Of a stretch of 64,000 bases of DNA, positions 43,126-54,605 are shown piece after piece; positions within the stretch are counted from its first letter, which is position 1, and every line of letters starts with the position of its first letter. Origin of the DNA: Podarcis erhardii (Eukaryota); assembly GCA_964252035.1 (NCBI GenBank), contig OZ176203.1. One strand, given 5' to 3'. Below the pieces are notes generated by a model, which had not been told where the DNA came from, made no database searches, and saw nothing but the letters and a program-made list of their open reading frames with translations. A program made the position numbers and the translations under genes.

Positions 43126-43152
43126 AATGCAGGTTACTCCCAGGTAAGTGTG

Positions 43153-43372
43153 ACAATGGTACCTCGGGTTAAGAACTTAATTCGTGCTGGAGGTCTGTTC
43201 TTAACCTGAAACTGTTCTTAACCTGAGGAACCACTTTAGCTAATGGGGCTTTCTGCTGCCGCCGCGCCAGCACCACACGATTTCTGTTCTCATCCTGAAG
43301 CAAAGTTCTTAACCCGAGGTACTGTTTCTGGGTCTGTAACCTGAAGCATCTGTAACTTGAGGTACCACTGTA
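43153..43372 (-). mobile_element. Tc1/mariner (Tigger-like) MITE, inverted copy
   Basis: Reverse complement of the 40171/49826 family. Confidence 0.85.
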
Positions 43373-43625
43373 AATCATAAAACCAGAAAGAAATGTGGTT
43401 AAAAATACTGTACATATTTTTCAAAACAAACAGTTTGGGGGAAATCATTTAAATTTTAATGTAAGCCCATTTACTAAATGCCATGAAATTGGACATGAGT
43501 TAGTAAATAGTATTTTAGAAAATATCTGCTTAATTAAATCTTCAGTCCTACCTCTCAGTACAGTGGGGTGGGGAGCTCATATTGCACTCATATAGTCCCT
43601 CTGGAAGAAATGCATTACTATAGAG

Positions 43626-43854
43626 CAGGGGTCAGCAAACTTTTTCAGCAGGGGGCTGGTCCACTGTCCCTCAGACCTTGTGGGGGGCCCGGACTATTTT
43701 TGGGGGAGTGGGGTGGGGGAAATTAATGAATTCCTATGCTCCACAAATAACCAAGAGATGCATTTTAAATAAAAGGACACATTCTACTCATGTAAAAACA
43801 CGCTGATTCCCGGACCATCCGTGGGCCAGATTGAGATTAGTTTGCCTACCCATG
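43626..43854. mobile_element. hAT-type MITE (second family)
   Basis: TIRs caggggtcagcaaact / agtttgcctacccatg; perfect 8-bp TSD ctatagag. Confidence 0.88.
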
Positions 43855-44269
43855 CTATAGAGACCCTAGCCCAATTTTTTTTTAACGACAGTACAATTTT
43901 TATTCAAAGTGTATTTCAACAATGATTGATTTAAGGCTAACACGTTGAGAAACATGTGGATATTAAAATATATTTCATGCCTCATTTGGCACAAGAAATA
44001 GCACTTCTTGTGCAGTGACCAACCTGATTTTTTTCTTGCACACTGCCAACAAAAGTAAATTACGATAATAATAATAATTATCATACTTGATCATAACTGA
44101 AATTATAGATGTCAGAGGAAAATGAAGAAAAAGCAATGCACTTGGCCTCAAAAGAATTTGCATGGAAGATAAACGCAGCAACAAAGTCACAACGGTTGCA
44201 AGTCAACACAAAGAAGTGAGGGCACAACTTAAATTTCGAAGCTGTGTTGAAAAAATAGTGTTTGGTTTT

Positions 44270-44650
44270 CCAACCCCTCCACATATGGTACATTGTTCCT
44301 TCCATTTGCTTACACCTCCAGCATGCATTTGAGTTTGTTTTATATATTTTGGCCAATTTGCTGGGGGTCATGTACCATAAATATAGCATTTTCATTTTAA
44401 AAAATCCTTTATTGTGTAGAAAGCCGTGAATTTTAAGGGTTTTTTTTGCCATAATTTTCCCCAATCATCCGTCTGGATGGAATAACCAAAGTTCTTTGAC
44501 CATTTGATCATCACTTCTTTGACCTCTTCATCTGTAACCTCCCAGTCCAGCAGTAATCTGTACATTTTGGATAGTATTTTATTTTTATTTTGAAGTAAAT
44601 CTTTTTCCAGCTTTGATATTTCTGTCTCAAACCCATGTTCCATACCCTAT
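44270..44650 (-). mobile_element. L1 LINE ORF2 fragment (zinc-knuckle region), frameshifted
   Basis: LSKMYRLLLDW...MIKWSKNFGYSI..DDWGKLW, then MLYLWYMTPSKLAKIYK..SNACWRCKQMEGTMYHMW. Confidence 0.8.
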
Positions 44651-47600
44651 CGCACATTGTATTTCACTCCTAGTATCATATGCTGTCTTCAACATGAAGC
44701 CGCCCATTCAATGTAATAATTTAGGGCTGCCTAATGTCTGGGTTTTCCTGGAAATTGTGTTAAAAACAACGTCCGGGCAGATTTTTGCCGAATTGGCAAA
44801 AATGTCCGGGAAGACCCAGATGTATGGCATGTAGGGCAATTTTTTCAAAAATGCATTTTAAAAATCCCTCCAAGCTTTCATTTTTGGGGGAGGAGATGTT
44901 TTGCGAACACCTGTCAGCTGAACTTAACTGAAAGGCTTACTCTTAAGATTTTATTCTTCTTAAAGATGCAGCAATATATATCAGCGTGGGGTGAAAATGG
45001 GTGCACAGTATTGTTGCAGAATTGAAGTGGCTTTAGAAATTGGTTTGGGAAAGTGAAAATTGAGTTTAGTATTGAAATAGGGTAAGGAGGGGAAGCTCTA
45101 GGGAATTAATGTGGGGCCAATTGCAGGTTCAGCCCCAAGCAGTTTACTAACAATTTACTAATTCAAGTGCCTTCCATAATATCACATCACCAACAGTTTA
45201 ATCACCAACAGTTTTCATATCCCCTTAACATTTTCCTGCAGTTTTAAGTCGTTTGCCTTTTATCATTGATGTTTTCTGCTGCCTTGCCATTTCAGTGGGC
45301 AATTACTTGGCGTCTCTTAAGAAGAGAAATAGAACTTCAAGCATGACAGTGTTTGATAAATTGCTAAGCGCCTATGCCTAACACTCTCAAAGAAAGGCAT
45401 GACAGTTTTAAAATTAACTTTGAACCAAATTTCTAAGCTACCCAATGGAAGTCAGATTGCAAGTCAGATTGTCTGATTTTGTTTATGGAGCCATGCAGTC
45501 TGCCTAGAGATTGAATTCTTCCAAGCGTTATGAAGGTTGATCACCAAGGACAAGACTGTGGCCCAGGTGACTGCAAAATCATTTTGAAATGTGGGCAACT
45601 TTCTCTTTCCCTTTATTTTTATATTTTAAAGGAAATATTGCCATTTAATGCCATAGGTGTATCTGTTCAGAAATAGCCTGCCCATGTCCCGATCTTTGGA
45701 ACAAGTGTGATAAGCCTAGTTTGGCATAAGTTTCCTCTGGTGATCATTGTGCTTTAGCAGGTAACTTCCCAAGAGAAGTGGAGAGACAGGGGAGGAAAGA
45801 GGCATGGTGGGGGGGGGGGCCAACAATAAACTTTCTCTTTTTTTGGTAATATATGAGCCGAGCTTTTCCGTCAGCATCGTGTGGGTAGGTATCTTGATTT
45901 TGTTGGCAGAGCAAGAGATCAGAGGGGGCCCAGGGCATGGCTGGTAGCAACTGATTGGTTGCATTGTTTTCTTTGGGGCAGGGGCTGCTGCTAGGTTAAG
46001 TTAGCCAAATTGAGTTGGTGTTGTCTGCTGGGGGGTTATTGCACTTGTTCCACAAAAAAACAACTACTAGGGAAAGTGGATGAGAAGATATACAGCAATC
46101 TCTAGGCAAGGAGAGTTGCTTAAATCAGAACAGCAATATCTTCCCCAATGAAAGGTAGGAAAGATGGCTGCATATATTTTAATTTTTTATTGGGAGATCC
46201 CGCAGACTTCTATTTTAAGTGTCTTTTTCACAGCTGTTGTTACGCTGCTACTAGATCTTTCAACTCAACAGGGACCTCCTCTGAGGTTTCAAGTGGGAAA
46301 TATATGAGTAGACCCTCAGATCTTTTCCAGTCTGTTAATTTCCCAGAGGTATGAAGTGTCATGTAAAAGTATCAGCTCAGCTCTGCCATATTTTTGGGGA
46401 GCACCCCTTGGCATATAAACCAGCGTGAAGTAACTATGAAGTTCATACATCAGTTTAATTTCCTAGATGTTATTTGCATAGCAGTAATGTTATTTTAGCA
46501 CTCTATACACCCAAACAGCATTGTGAGATAAGACTTCGTGGACACTGTACACAATATACTCCCAAAGTCTCAAAACAGGCATTACTGAAACTAGTGTTTA
46601 ACTTCAGCAGATACGAAACTGAGCTACTGGCTGCAGATTGAAGCTACAGTGAGTGGCGACTTAACCCGTGACTCTTTTAACAGAATTAAAAGAAGCCATA
46701 AATGGTACAGAGGCATATTTTTAACGAATTTTAAATATACATAGAATAAACAAAGAAACTGATCTTCCTCGGTTCCACACCCTGAGTGTAATAGAGCCTT
46801 GACATAGTGGTGGCAGTAATACTGCACTTTTTGGCAATTACAGGTTGTTTTGGATGAGGAAAAGGACGGACTGCATTCTGGCCCATACAATTGGGCCAAG
46901 AGGGATTGAGAAGAGATGGATAAAGGCGCTGTGAATGGGTAATCAAAGTGGTAGTTGTTAGGCACCTGGGAAAGAGAAATGCAGCAGTAGCGGCAGAGTG
47001 TGTGCACAACTCCTACAATGAAAGGCGTTGGAGTAGAAATATATATTGACCCCATAAGGGATCGAATTGTGGCAACCACTAGCACAACGGTCACGCCACT
47101 AGCGGGAGCCCCGTCCTTAATATGGTGCAACAGTCTAATCCAACAGGCTGCTTGGGCTGGTGGAAGCATTGTGCCGTGTTAATATACAACATTTTTGCAT
47201 CATCACACCGCTATCACTTGTGCATCAAGATTAGCTCCTGCAATGCCAGCTCTCTCACCTTTTGCACGAATGTTGCTTTGGATCTTTACGAACCTGTGTA
47301 TCACATATCTGGAATTAATTTCCTAGGTGAGTTTTATATTGAATTCCATTTCTGTGATAGCTTGTTTTGGTTTCCACGCTGGTCATGGATGATGTGAAAT
47401 TCTGTCTTTTCCAGCCGCCATGGAAATATAGTGGACTAACCAAGAGGTGGGGACTGATTGTTCTGTTCCTCCTCTTGCCAGCTAACTTTGTGTTTCCATG
47501 TTGGCTGCAAAAGAAAGGCAAACCCCATCTTTTGCAACCAGCACAGAAAGCTAATGTGCTGGCGAAAGTGATCCATCCCCCCTCTGCCAGCCTGCTTGGT

Positions 47601-47799
47601 AGAAGGCATTGCCCCCTCCCCAAATCTCTTAGCAGATTTGTTAAAAAATGTTCATGATAATAACTATTATTGCGTACAAGGCTGTTCTAAGCCCTGTCTG
47701 TAAATAAAAAGATAAGACAGTCCCTCCCCTGCAGGCTCACAATCGAGCAGACACAACACAAGAAATGAGGAGGAAAACGGAAAGCAAGTGAACAAGCCT

Positions 47800-48947
47800 A
47801 TCCAACTTGTTTAATTTATTCCTTAATATCACAGCTGTACAATTTTCATACATACAGAGAGAAATGCATATTGGCTACACCATGTCATGTGGATGCATTT
47901 CCAATTATAATACAGTTAAGTGCAACTCCACTTGAAAAATGTACATTTTTTACAACTTATACAAAGACTGCTACACTATTATCTGTGACAGTATAAAGCT
48001 TTGATTTATGTTAAGTTTCATTACTAAACCACTTCCTGGTTAAATACAAAATATACTAAATCATTTTAAAAAGGCCCTTGTGGTATTTGGCCAGTATATA
48101 AAATATGTTGTGTAAAATTTAACCTTTTGCACATTTTTTTAAAAAATAAGCTTGTAACTTGTAAGTTAAACATTTGTTATTGGGCTGCTAGAGTCTGACA
48201 TGTAACAGGACCCATGCTGTAACTTCTTCTTTGCTATTGCATTGATCGTCACCAGAAGAAATGAGCACCCTGGTCCTAAACACATCCCTTAGAAGCAAGT
48301 CCCATTGAAAGGAATGGTCCTCAATTCCCAGCAAGTTGTTTGAAATTGGGTGTAAGGCTGCAATCCTAAACCACTTTATTAGAAGTAGCTAGGACTGGAA
48401 AAAATCGGAACTTATTTCCAAGTAAACAGCCATAATCCAACTCAAGTGCACTTAAGCCCAGTGAAATCAATGGGCATAAATATACTACACTCTTATAATG
48501 GATTTGATTGATGTCTTTAGGACAAGTTTGCAATGCACTGCTAGTTTATTTAACAGACTATAGAACAATTTTCTGGAAAGAGCAACAGCATTCCCATTTA
48601 AAGGGGGAAAAAAGGAATGCTATCCAATAAATGTTTACTATCTACATTTTCATGGGCAGTTTTACCAACTTGTGGAAGTATGTTTTTAATAAAGATGAAC
48701 CCAGACTTTACGTGCCAACTCTTTATCATCTAACTGTATGTTTGGGCCCAAAGAACCGTTTTCTTGTTGACAGCTGTATCAAAGGAAAAAACAAACATTT
48801 CCTCAGTCGCCATCCCTATTACAAGAATGCTCTGATTCGTAACCTCCTTAAAAAATATACATTTTACAATCCTGGCACCTCCACAAAAGGTGAGACAAAG
48901 AGAATAAATATTTGTTTTCACTGCTTTATTATCCTCTCATTTAGAAA
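47800..48947 (-). other. ING1: ING1 3' UTR (approximate end)
   Basis: AU-rich sequence after the stop; minus-strand AATAAA at 47815-47820 and a proximal one near 48925-48930. Confidence 0.6.
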
Positions 48948-49651
48948 CTACCTGTTGTAGGCTCTTTCTTTTTTAGATTTCTCCAGCGCTTTGTCCATAG
49001 TTTTCTCATTTTCTCCTCTGCATTTGGGACAGTACCACTTGCCCTTTGGTTTATGATTGAGTCCCACACACGAAAAGTGAAACCATTCTATTGGGCACTC
49101 ATCATTATCACAGCCTATCATTTCTCCATAGGAGACCTGATTACACAGACAATAGGTTGGCTCATTCGGATCAATGGGGAGGTCGGCTGGAGAAGCCTCC
49201 CTCTCGGCTTTGGCTTTGGACCGCTTCTTCTTATTGGACTTTTTCGCTTTCTTCTCCTTAGGCGTTCCTGAGGTGATATCGTCGTGGTCGTGATTATTAG
49301 AAGCGTTCTCTCGGTTCTCGTTATTTCTTTGCCGCCGGGACCGTTTGTTGTTGGGCTTCTCGGCCTGAGTGATCGTCTCGTTCTTTGACTTATCTTGGTT
49401 AGTTTTGCCACTGTTCCCAGTCGTGTCATTGGTCTCTTGGCAGGTCTCAAACAGTTCTACGTGGCTGTCAACTTGCCTGGTTCTGTTCTCAACAAGTTCT
49501 ACCATTTGGCTGACAATCTGGATCTTCTCATCTCCCAGTTCTTGACTCCGGATCAGGGCTCTCTGTATTAAGTGCAAAAGCCTCCTCTTTTGTACTGCAT
49601 CAGTCTCCCGTTTGAATTTTTCGTAATAATCATCCAGCTCCTTTAGGATCT
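48948..49651 (-). CDS. ING1: ING1 coding exon 2 (LID, NLS, REASP site, C4HC3 PHD finger, polybasic tail)
   Basis: Acceptor cttcacAG; [45 protein letters not shown]...[47 protein letters not shown]...KERAYNR-TAG; 136+704 = 840 nt = 279 aa. Confidence 0.98.
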
Positions 49652-49825
49652 CTGTGAAGAAAGGATAAGATTATATTACTTCCCAACCTCATGCATAATA
49701 CAGCACTTGAGCTTTGTCACAGATGTGTCATCAAAAGTTTTTTTTTTGGGGGGGACACCTAAAACTTCCCACACTTTAAAGTGTGGATTCTAAACACAGG
49801 TACTCTGAGGTGAGTTGCATTGAAA

Positions 49826-50074
49826 TACAGTGGTACCTCAGGTTACATACGCTTCAGGTTACATATGCTTCAGGTTACACACTCCACTAACCCAGAAATA
49901 GTGCTTCAGGTTAAGAACTTTGCTTCAGGGTAAGAACAGAAATCGGGCTCCGGCGGCGCAGCAGCAGCAGCAGGAGGCCCCATTAGCTAAAGTGGTGCTT
50001 CAGGTTAAGAACAGTTTCACGTTAAGAACGGACCTCCGGAACGAATCAAGTACTTAACCTGAGGTACCACTGTA
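49826..50074 (+). mobile_element. Tc1/mariner (Tigger-like) MITE in ING1 intron 1
   Basis: TAcagtggtacctc ... gaggtaccactgTA. Confidence 0.88.
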
Positions 50075-50557
50075 TGTCCCATATAGCTACAGTAAGAACA
50101 AAATAATGGAACTCCTTTCCTAGGGAGGCTAGCCCCACCCTCTGTTTACTATCTTTGGCAGTATTCTTATAGCAAGATCTTCTGGGATGAGCAGGGCTAG
50201 GATCTAAGACATCTCTGCCTGAGCAGGGAGGTTCCTAGTGCAGCCCTATCCCCTACTCAGCCCAGATAGGCCTGCATATCTCTCTAGCTCAGCCTGGGCC
50301 CATTAGGTGGGTGTCAAGCAGGCATTAAGTCCTCAAAAAGGGGCATTGCTTGGGCTGACAGGTGGGAGGATTTAGGCTGCATCCTAAGCCCATTCAGCAT
50401 CCTCACTGTGAGCTGGAAACCCAGCACTAAGTCAGGAAAAAAAGGGGCATAGCTCAAGCTCTGTTTAAAGACTTCTTTCCTCTCCGCTAGGGTTAGGCCA
50501 GCTCAACCAGTGGGAGACTTGCTCCAGAATGGAGTTTGGCTCTTGCATACTTTACAC

Positions 50558-51102
50558 CAGGGGTCGGCAAACTAAGGCCCAGGGGCCGGATCAGGCCCAA
50601 TTGCCTTTAAGATCTGGTCCGCGGTCTGTCCGTGGATCGGCATGGGGATTCTGTTCGTTCGGGCTGTGCCATTCCCACCCCCGCACCATTCCATTCCTCC
50701 CCCTAAACACACACCTGGGGGGCGCCTCCTCCCTCCCTCCTCCTGGCTTCTCCCTGCCCTGCCTAGAGTGGGAAGGGGGCTGGGCTGAGCTGGCTGAGCG
50801 CCATTTTAAGCAGCCCCTCTCCAGAACCAACCCTTTCGCGCCGCTCATCTTCCTACCACCGCCACCCTGGTGATCCTGTGGGCCAGAGAGTGGAGCGGAC
50901 GAGCTCCCTCTGCCTACCCATGAGAAGCAGCAGTGGCGGCAGCCCCTGGGAAGGTAAGCGCAGCGGCTGGGGCATGGGGAGGACTACTTGCCCCCCCTTG
51001 CCTCTTCTTCCAGCTCCCCCCCCCGGTGCCACTTCTCTGGCCCGCCACAAGGTCTGAGGGACAGTTGACCGGCCCGCGGCTTAAATTTTTTGCCAACCCC
51101 TG
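50558..51102. mobile_element. hAT-type MITE in ING1 intron 1
   Basis: TIRs caggggtcggcaaa / tttgccaacccctg; perfect 8-bp TSD ctttacac. Confidence 0.9.
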
Positions 51103-51999
51103 CTTTACACCCAACTTAACACCAGGTTCTTTGTGTACAGGCATGCCCTGCCTAGCAAGCAAAAGCTGTGCTTTTCCAGAGGGCTGACAAGACAGCTGGT
51201 GGGAATGCTCTGATTTTATTCTGCTTGTTTTCTATCTGCGGCTTAACAAATGAGCTATTCTTGCCTCTGTTTTGTTTATGGTGCTTTGTTTTGTATTTTG
51301 TGAAGCTGCCTTGGAGAGCGCTTTTTCGTTTTTTTAAAAGAAGGTCAATTACCTAAAACGCTTAATCAACATTTAAAACGTTTGCACAGGACTGCAACTC
51401 TATTTTAAAAGCATGCTGCATACTAAGTAAACAAGCCCTCCGACATCATCTTGGTTCTTACTCCCAGGTAAGTCTTGGGCACAGGGTTGCAAGCCCAAGT
51501 CCGCTATACCCAGTCAGGGAAAAGTGTGGGGTAGAAGTAGATATATAACACATGTGAGAATTGGTAGTTTAATAAGTTTGAATTCATGTTTATAATGGGT
51601 AAAACGTAAGTAATATAGCAGCCTTATATACAGTAGTAAGAAAAGAAAACCATGGATGGTTGGGTGGGAAGTCATGGATATGAGAGATTGGTGCTGAATG
51701 TTGTTTAAAAGAATTTGCAAAATCTGAAAAGTTAATTAAAAAGCTTGTGTTTTTTTAAAAAATAATATATAACAACTTCCGTTGCTTCGCATTTTAAAAG
51801 ACGTGTGCTTAGTAGGTGCCTCGCATGTACCAAAACACGTAACGTGTGAAAGGAACGAAGCACCAAAAGGGGGGGGGGGAGTTGTTTTTTACAACCAGAG
51901 TGTCGGTTTAGGTTACCTCCTGGTGCCAAAGCGCACACGGTGAGAAACCTGAAGAAATAAAACAAAACAAAATTGCTAATGGTAAATGTCGGAGGGGGA

Positions 52000-53300
52000 A
52001 AGCAACAGGGCGAAGAGCCGTAAGGGGTTAAAAAAAAGTAACTACATGCCCCGCCCCTTCACCACAAAAAAAGGGTCTCCGCACCCACTGAGCCATTGGA
52101 AGAGGGTCCTGTTTATCACACCCACCTACCAGGGCTCTCAGCCAACCAGAGAACGCCTGCCGCCCTTGCCCCGCCTCCTCCTTTTCGGGAGCGAGGCCAC
52201 ACCCTCCCCACGGGATGCGTCTTCGGGGTCCATTGTTCTTAGAAGGGAAGTGGCCGTGTTAAGAGCCGTTTCTCTCCTCCCTCCGCCGCCTTTTTACGGC
52301 TTCCTCAGCAGAACGTACGCGAGCAGAAGAATCTGCTCGGCCGGCCAATCACCACCCGGCAAATCCAAGCAGTGCCCGCCTCAGACTGAAGCAAGCCATA
52401 CGGAGAAAAGATTCGGACCCAATAGCCCGCCCTCTGCCTTAAGCGCTTCTCCGCCAATCGAAAGGGAAAGCCCCAAGCGAATCTCCACCCGCTTTAAGCC
52501 AACGTTCCAATCAGATGTTTAAAGGCGGAGCTTACTGCGACCCTCATATTTCCACATCCACCTGTCAGTCACCATTAGCTTCCGACGCTTCCTGCAACTA
52601 GAGGAGCCAATCACAGGCTAAGAAACCGACGGGGCAGTTCGAACTATTACAACAAACCTCCCACTGCTTCTCTCTCTCTCCTCCGCTCCCTCTCCCCCTC
52701 CCCAACCCGGTTTCCACCGTTCGCTTTCGTCAGCGCCACTAGAAGGCGGGGCTTCGTAGAGAATTCAGCGGGACCAATCCCTGGGCAACAGGGCGGGGCC
52801 ACGGCTGTTTCATGAGGGAAGTTCTGGCCAATAATGGGAAAATGGAGGCGGGGCGGGCACGACAGGGTAATGACGGTGACTATAAAAGCCGCTGTGACGG
52901 CCCTTCTCACTCTTTCTAGAGCTGAAGCGCGAAGGTGCCTCCCTTTAGCGCAGTACGGAGTTCTTGTAGCTGGTTGAAATGCCCGCCCTTGTCCTTTAAA
53001 ACAACAGCCCCCCGCCTCCCGGTCTTCCTCATCCCCTAACCACGCAGTCAAGCCCTCAAGTTTTGATGTTTCGTCACTTTCTTTATCTCGCGCTTCTCCT
53101 CTCTCCCTATTTACGACACATTAAAAACTCGTCGCACGAAAGGTCTCGAATGGATACTTGCTGCGTTCTCTCTCCCCGCCCCCCCCCCGCTTCATAAGCA
53201 CAGCAGTAGCCTGCCAGGTTTCCAACCCCCCTTCCTCGCCCCTGGAGAAAAAAGGGGGAGCTGAATGTGTAACGGGCACCCCTGTGTCACCTCTACCACC
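52000..53300. promoter_or_regulatory. CpG-rich promoter inside ING1 intron 1 (7 CCAAT boxes, GC boxes, TATA, TCT/Inr)
   Basis: CCAAT at 52345, 52419, 52454, 52507, 52607, 52774, 52828; GC boxes ~52745, 52791, 52846-52858; TATAAAAG 52881-52888; CTCTTTCT 52910-52917. Confidence 0.75.
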
Positions 53301-54469
53301 GGCAGCAGTAGCACTCTTTCCAACCCCCCCCCCACGCCTTTTACCTCTCTCAGCACCAAGTGACAAAGGACCTTTCGAGCCCCCTCAATAACTAAAAAAA
53401 ATCCCCACCATTTCCCCAGCTGCAGACTTGAGTGCGGGAGAAGACAGCCTCCCCTCCCCTCACCGCCAAAAAAGGGCTAGAAAATACTGTATGAGTTTCA
53501 GCACAGGGAGGAAAAGAAAAAGAGAGAGGGAGGGAGGGAGGGAAGGAGGGGGGGTCACTCAGCAAAGCAGTACATCCCCAACCCACACAGTATTTATATA
53601 ATCTTTTTCCCCTTTCCATAGTCTCTCTTTCTCTCTCTCTCTCTCTCTCTCCCCCCCCCCCGGTTTACAGATACTTGACAGGAGAGGACTGTTTTAAAAG
53701 CAAATGCCCATTGAAAAAAAAGAAGAAGCGAAGGCAACAAGCCCTGCCCACCCCCCCTTCCACTCTCTATCTAATCCTCCCTCCCCTCCCTTACTAGCAC
53801 CCTCTCTCCTACTACAGCCATTGCGAAGGCTAGAAATTCCTCAATGTTGTAACTGGGATCGCTGCCCCCCTTCTTTTTGCCCTCTTTCTTCCAACACCCC
53901 CCTACACACACACCACTGTCCCGCTGTCCCCACAAAACATACTCTCTCTCAACCCAGAAAAGAGAAACAGCCGCCTCAGTGCCCCATGCGTCCTGATCCT
54001 CCAGCCCCTCCTCTGCCCTTACTGCTGCTGCCGCCGCCGCCTTTTTTGTCCAGCAATTTTTCAAAAAACCTAAAAAGCAAAGTCTTTGCTTTAATAGCAG
54101 GAGCCCCAAAGAAGACCTTTTGTTCCGCCCCAAGGAAGGGAAGGGGAGGGATGGGGAAAAAAAAACACACACACACACACACACAACCCACCCCTCCATC
54201 TATCTCTGCAGAGCAGCCCCCTTCTCCTGCCTCTCCTCCTCGAATCTTTTCGCCCCTCTTTCCTTTTGCTTTCTGCTTGCCTTCTCACAAAATAAATAAA
54301 TAAGATTTTCAAAGCTTTGCCATCCGCTTCGGGATGAAACCGGGGAGAGGGGGTGGTGGTGGAGAGAGAGAGATCATCCCTGCAGAAAAGGCAAAATAAT
54401 ATCATCATCATCTATGTAGCTTCTACGTACTCTCCCGCACACGAACACATAAAGGAGAAAAGCACTTAC

Positions 54470-54605
54470 CTTGATATTTGGCGTCAATTTCCCTCATCAG
54501 GGAGACATTTCTCTGCAGATCGAAGGGCAGAGATTCGATGGAGTCCAGGTAATCCTCCACATAGTTCGCTAAATGAAGCTGCTCTCCGTTTGCAGGGTTC
54601 AACAT
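54470..54605 (-). CDS. ING1: ING1 coding exon 1 (p33ING1b-type N-terminus)
   Basis: aaaATGt at 54605; MLNPANGEQLHLANYVEDYLDSIESLPFDLQRNVSLMREIDAKYQ; donor AAG|GTAAGT; 136 nt. An in-frame ATG two codons upstream (54611) has weaker context. Confidence 0.97.

Noticed and set aside
41000-44650. Idea that the two L1 ORF2 fragments are one element split by a 2.9-kb nested insertion
   Set aside because: Both fragments contain the W(K/R)...EGT.YHMW region with different sequence, so they are more likely separate copies.
46880-46966. HFDYPFTAP...QSLL resembling UBE2D HFPTDYPFKPP...SLL
   Set aside because: Spacing between the motifs is about 9 aa versus more than 40 in E2 enzymes; treated as chance.
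47490-47520. Strong minus-strand acceptor followed by a perfect Kozak ccaacATGG
   Set aside because: The frame stops after 5 codons and has a random-level density of stops downstream.
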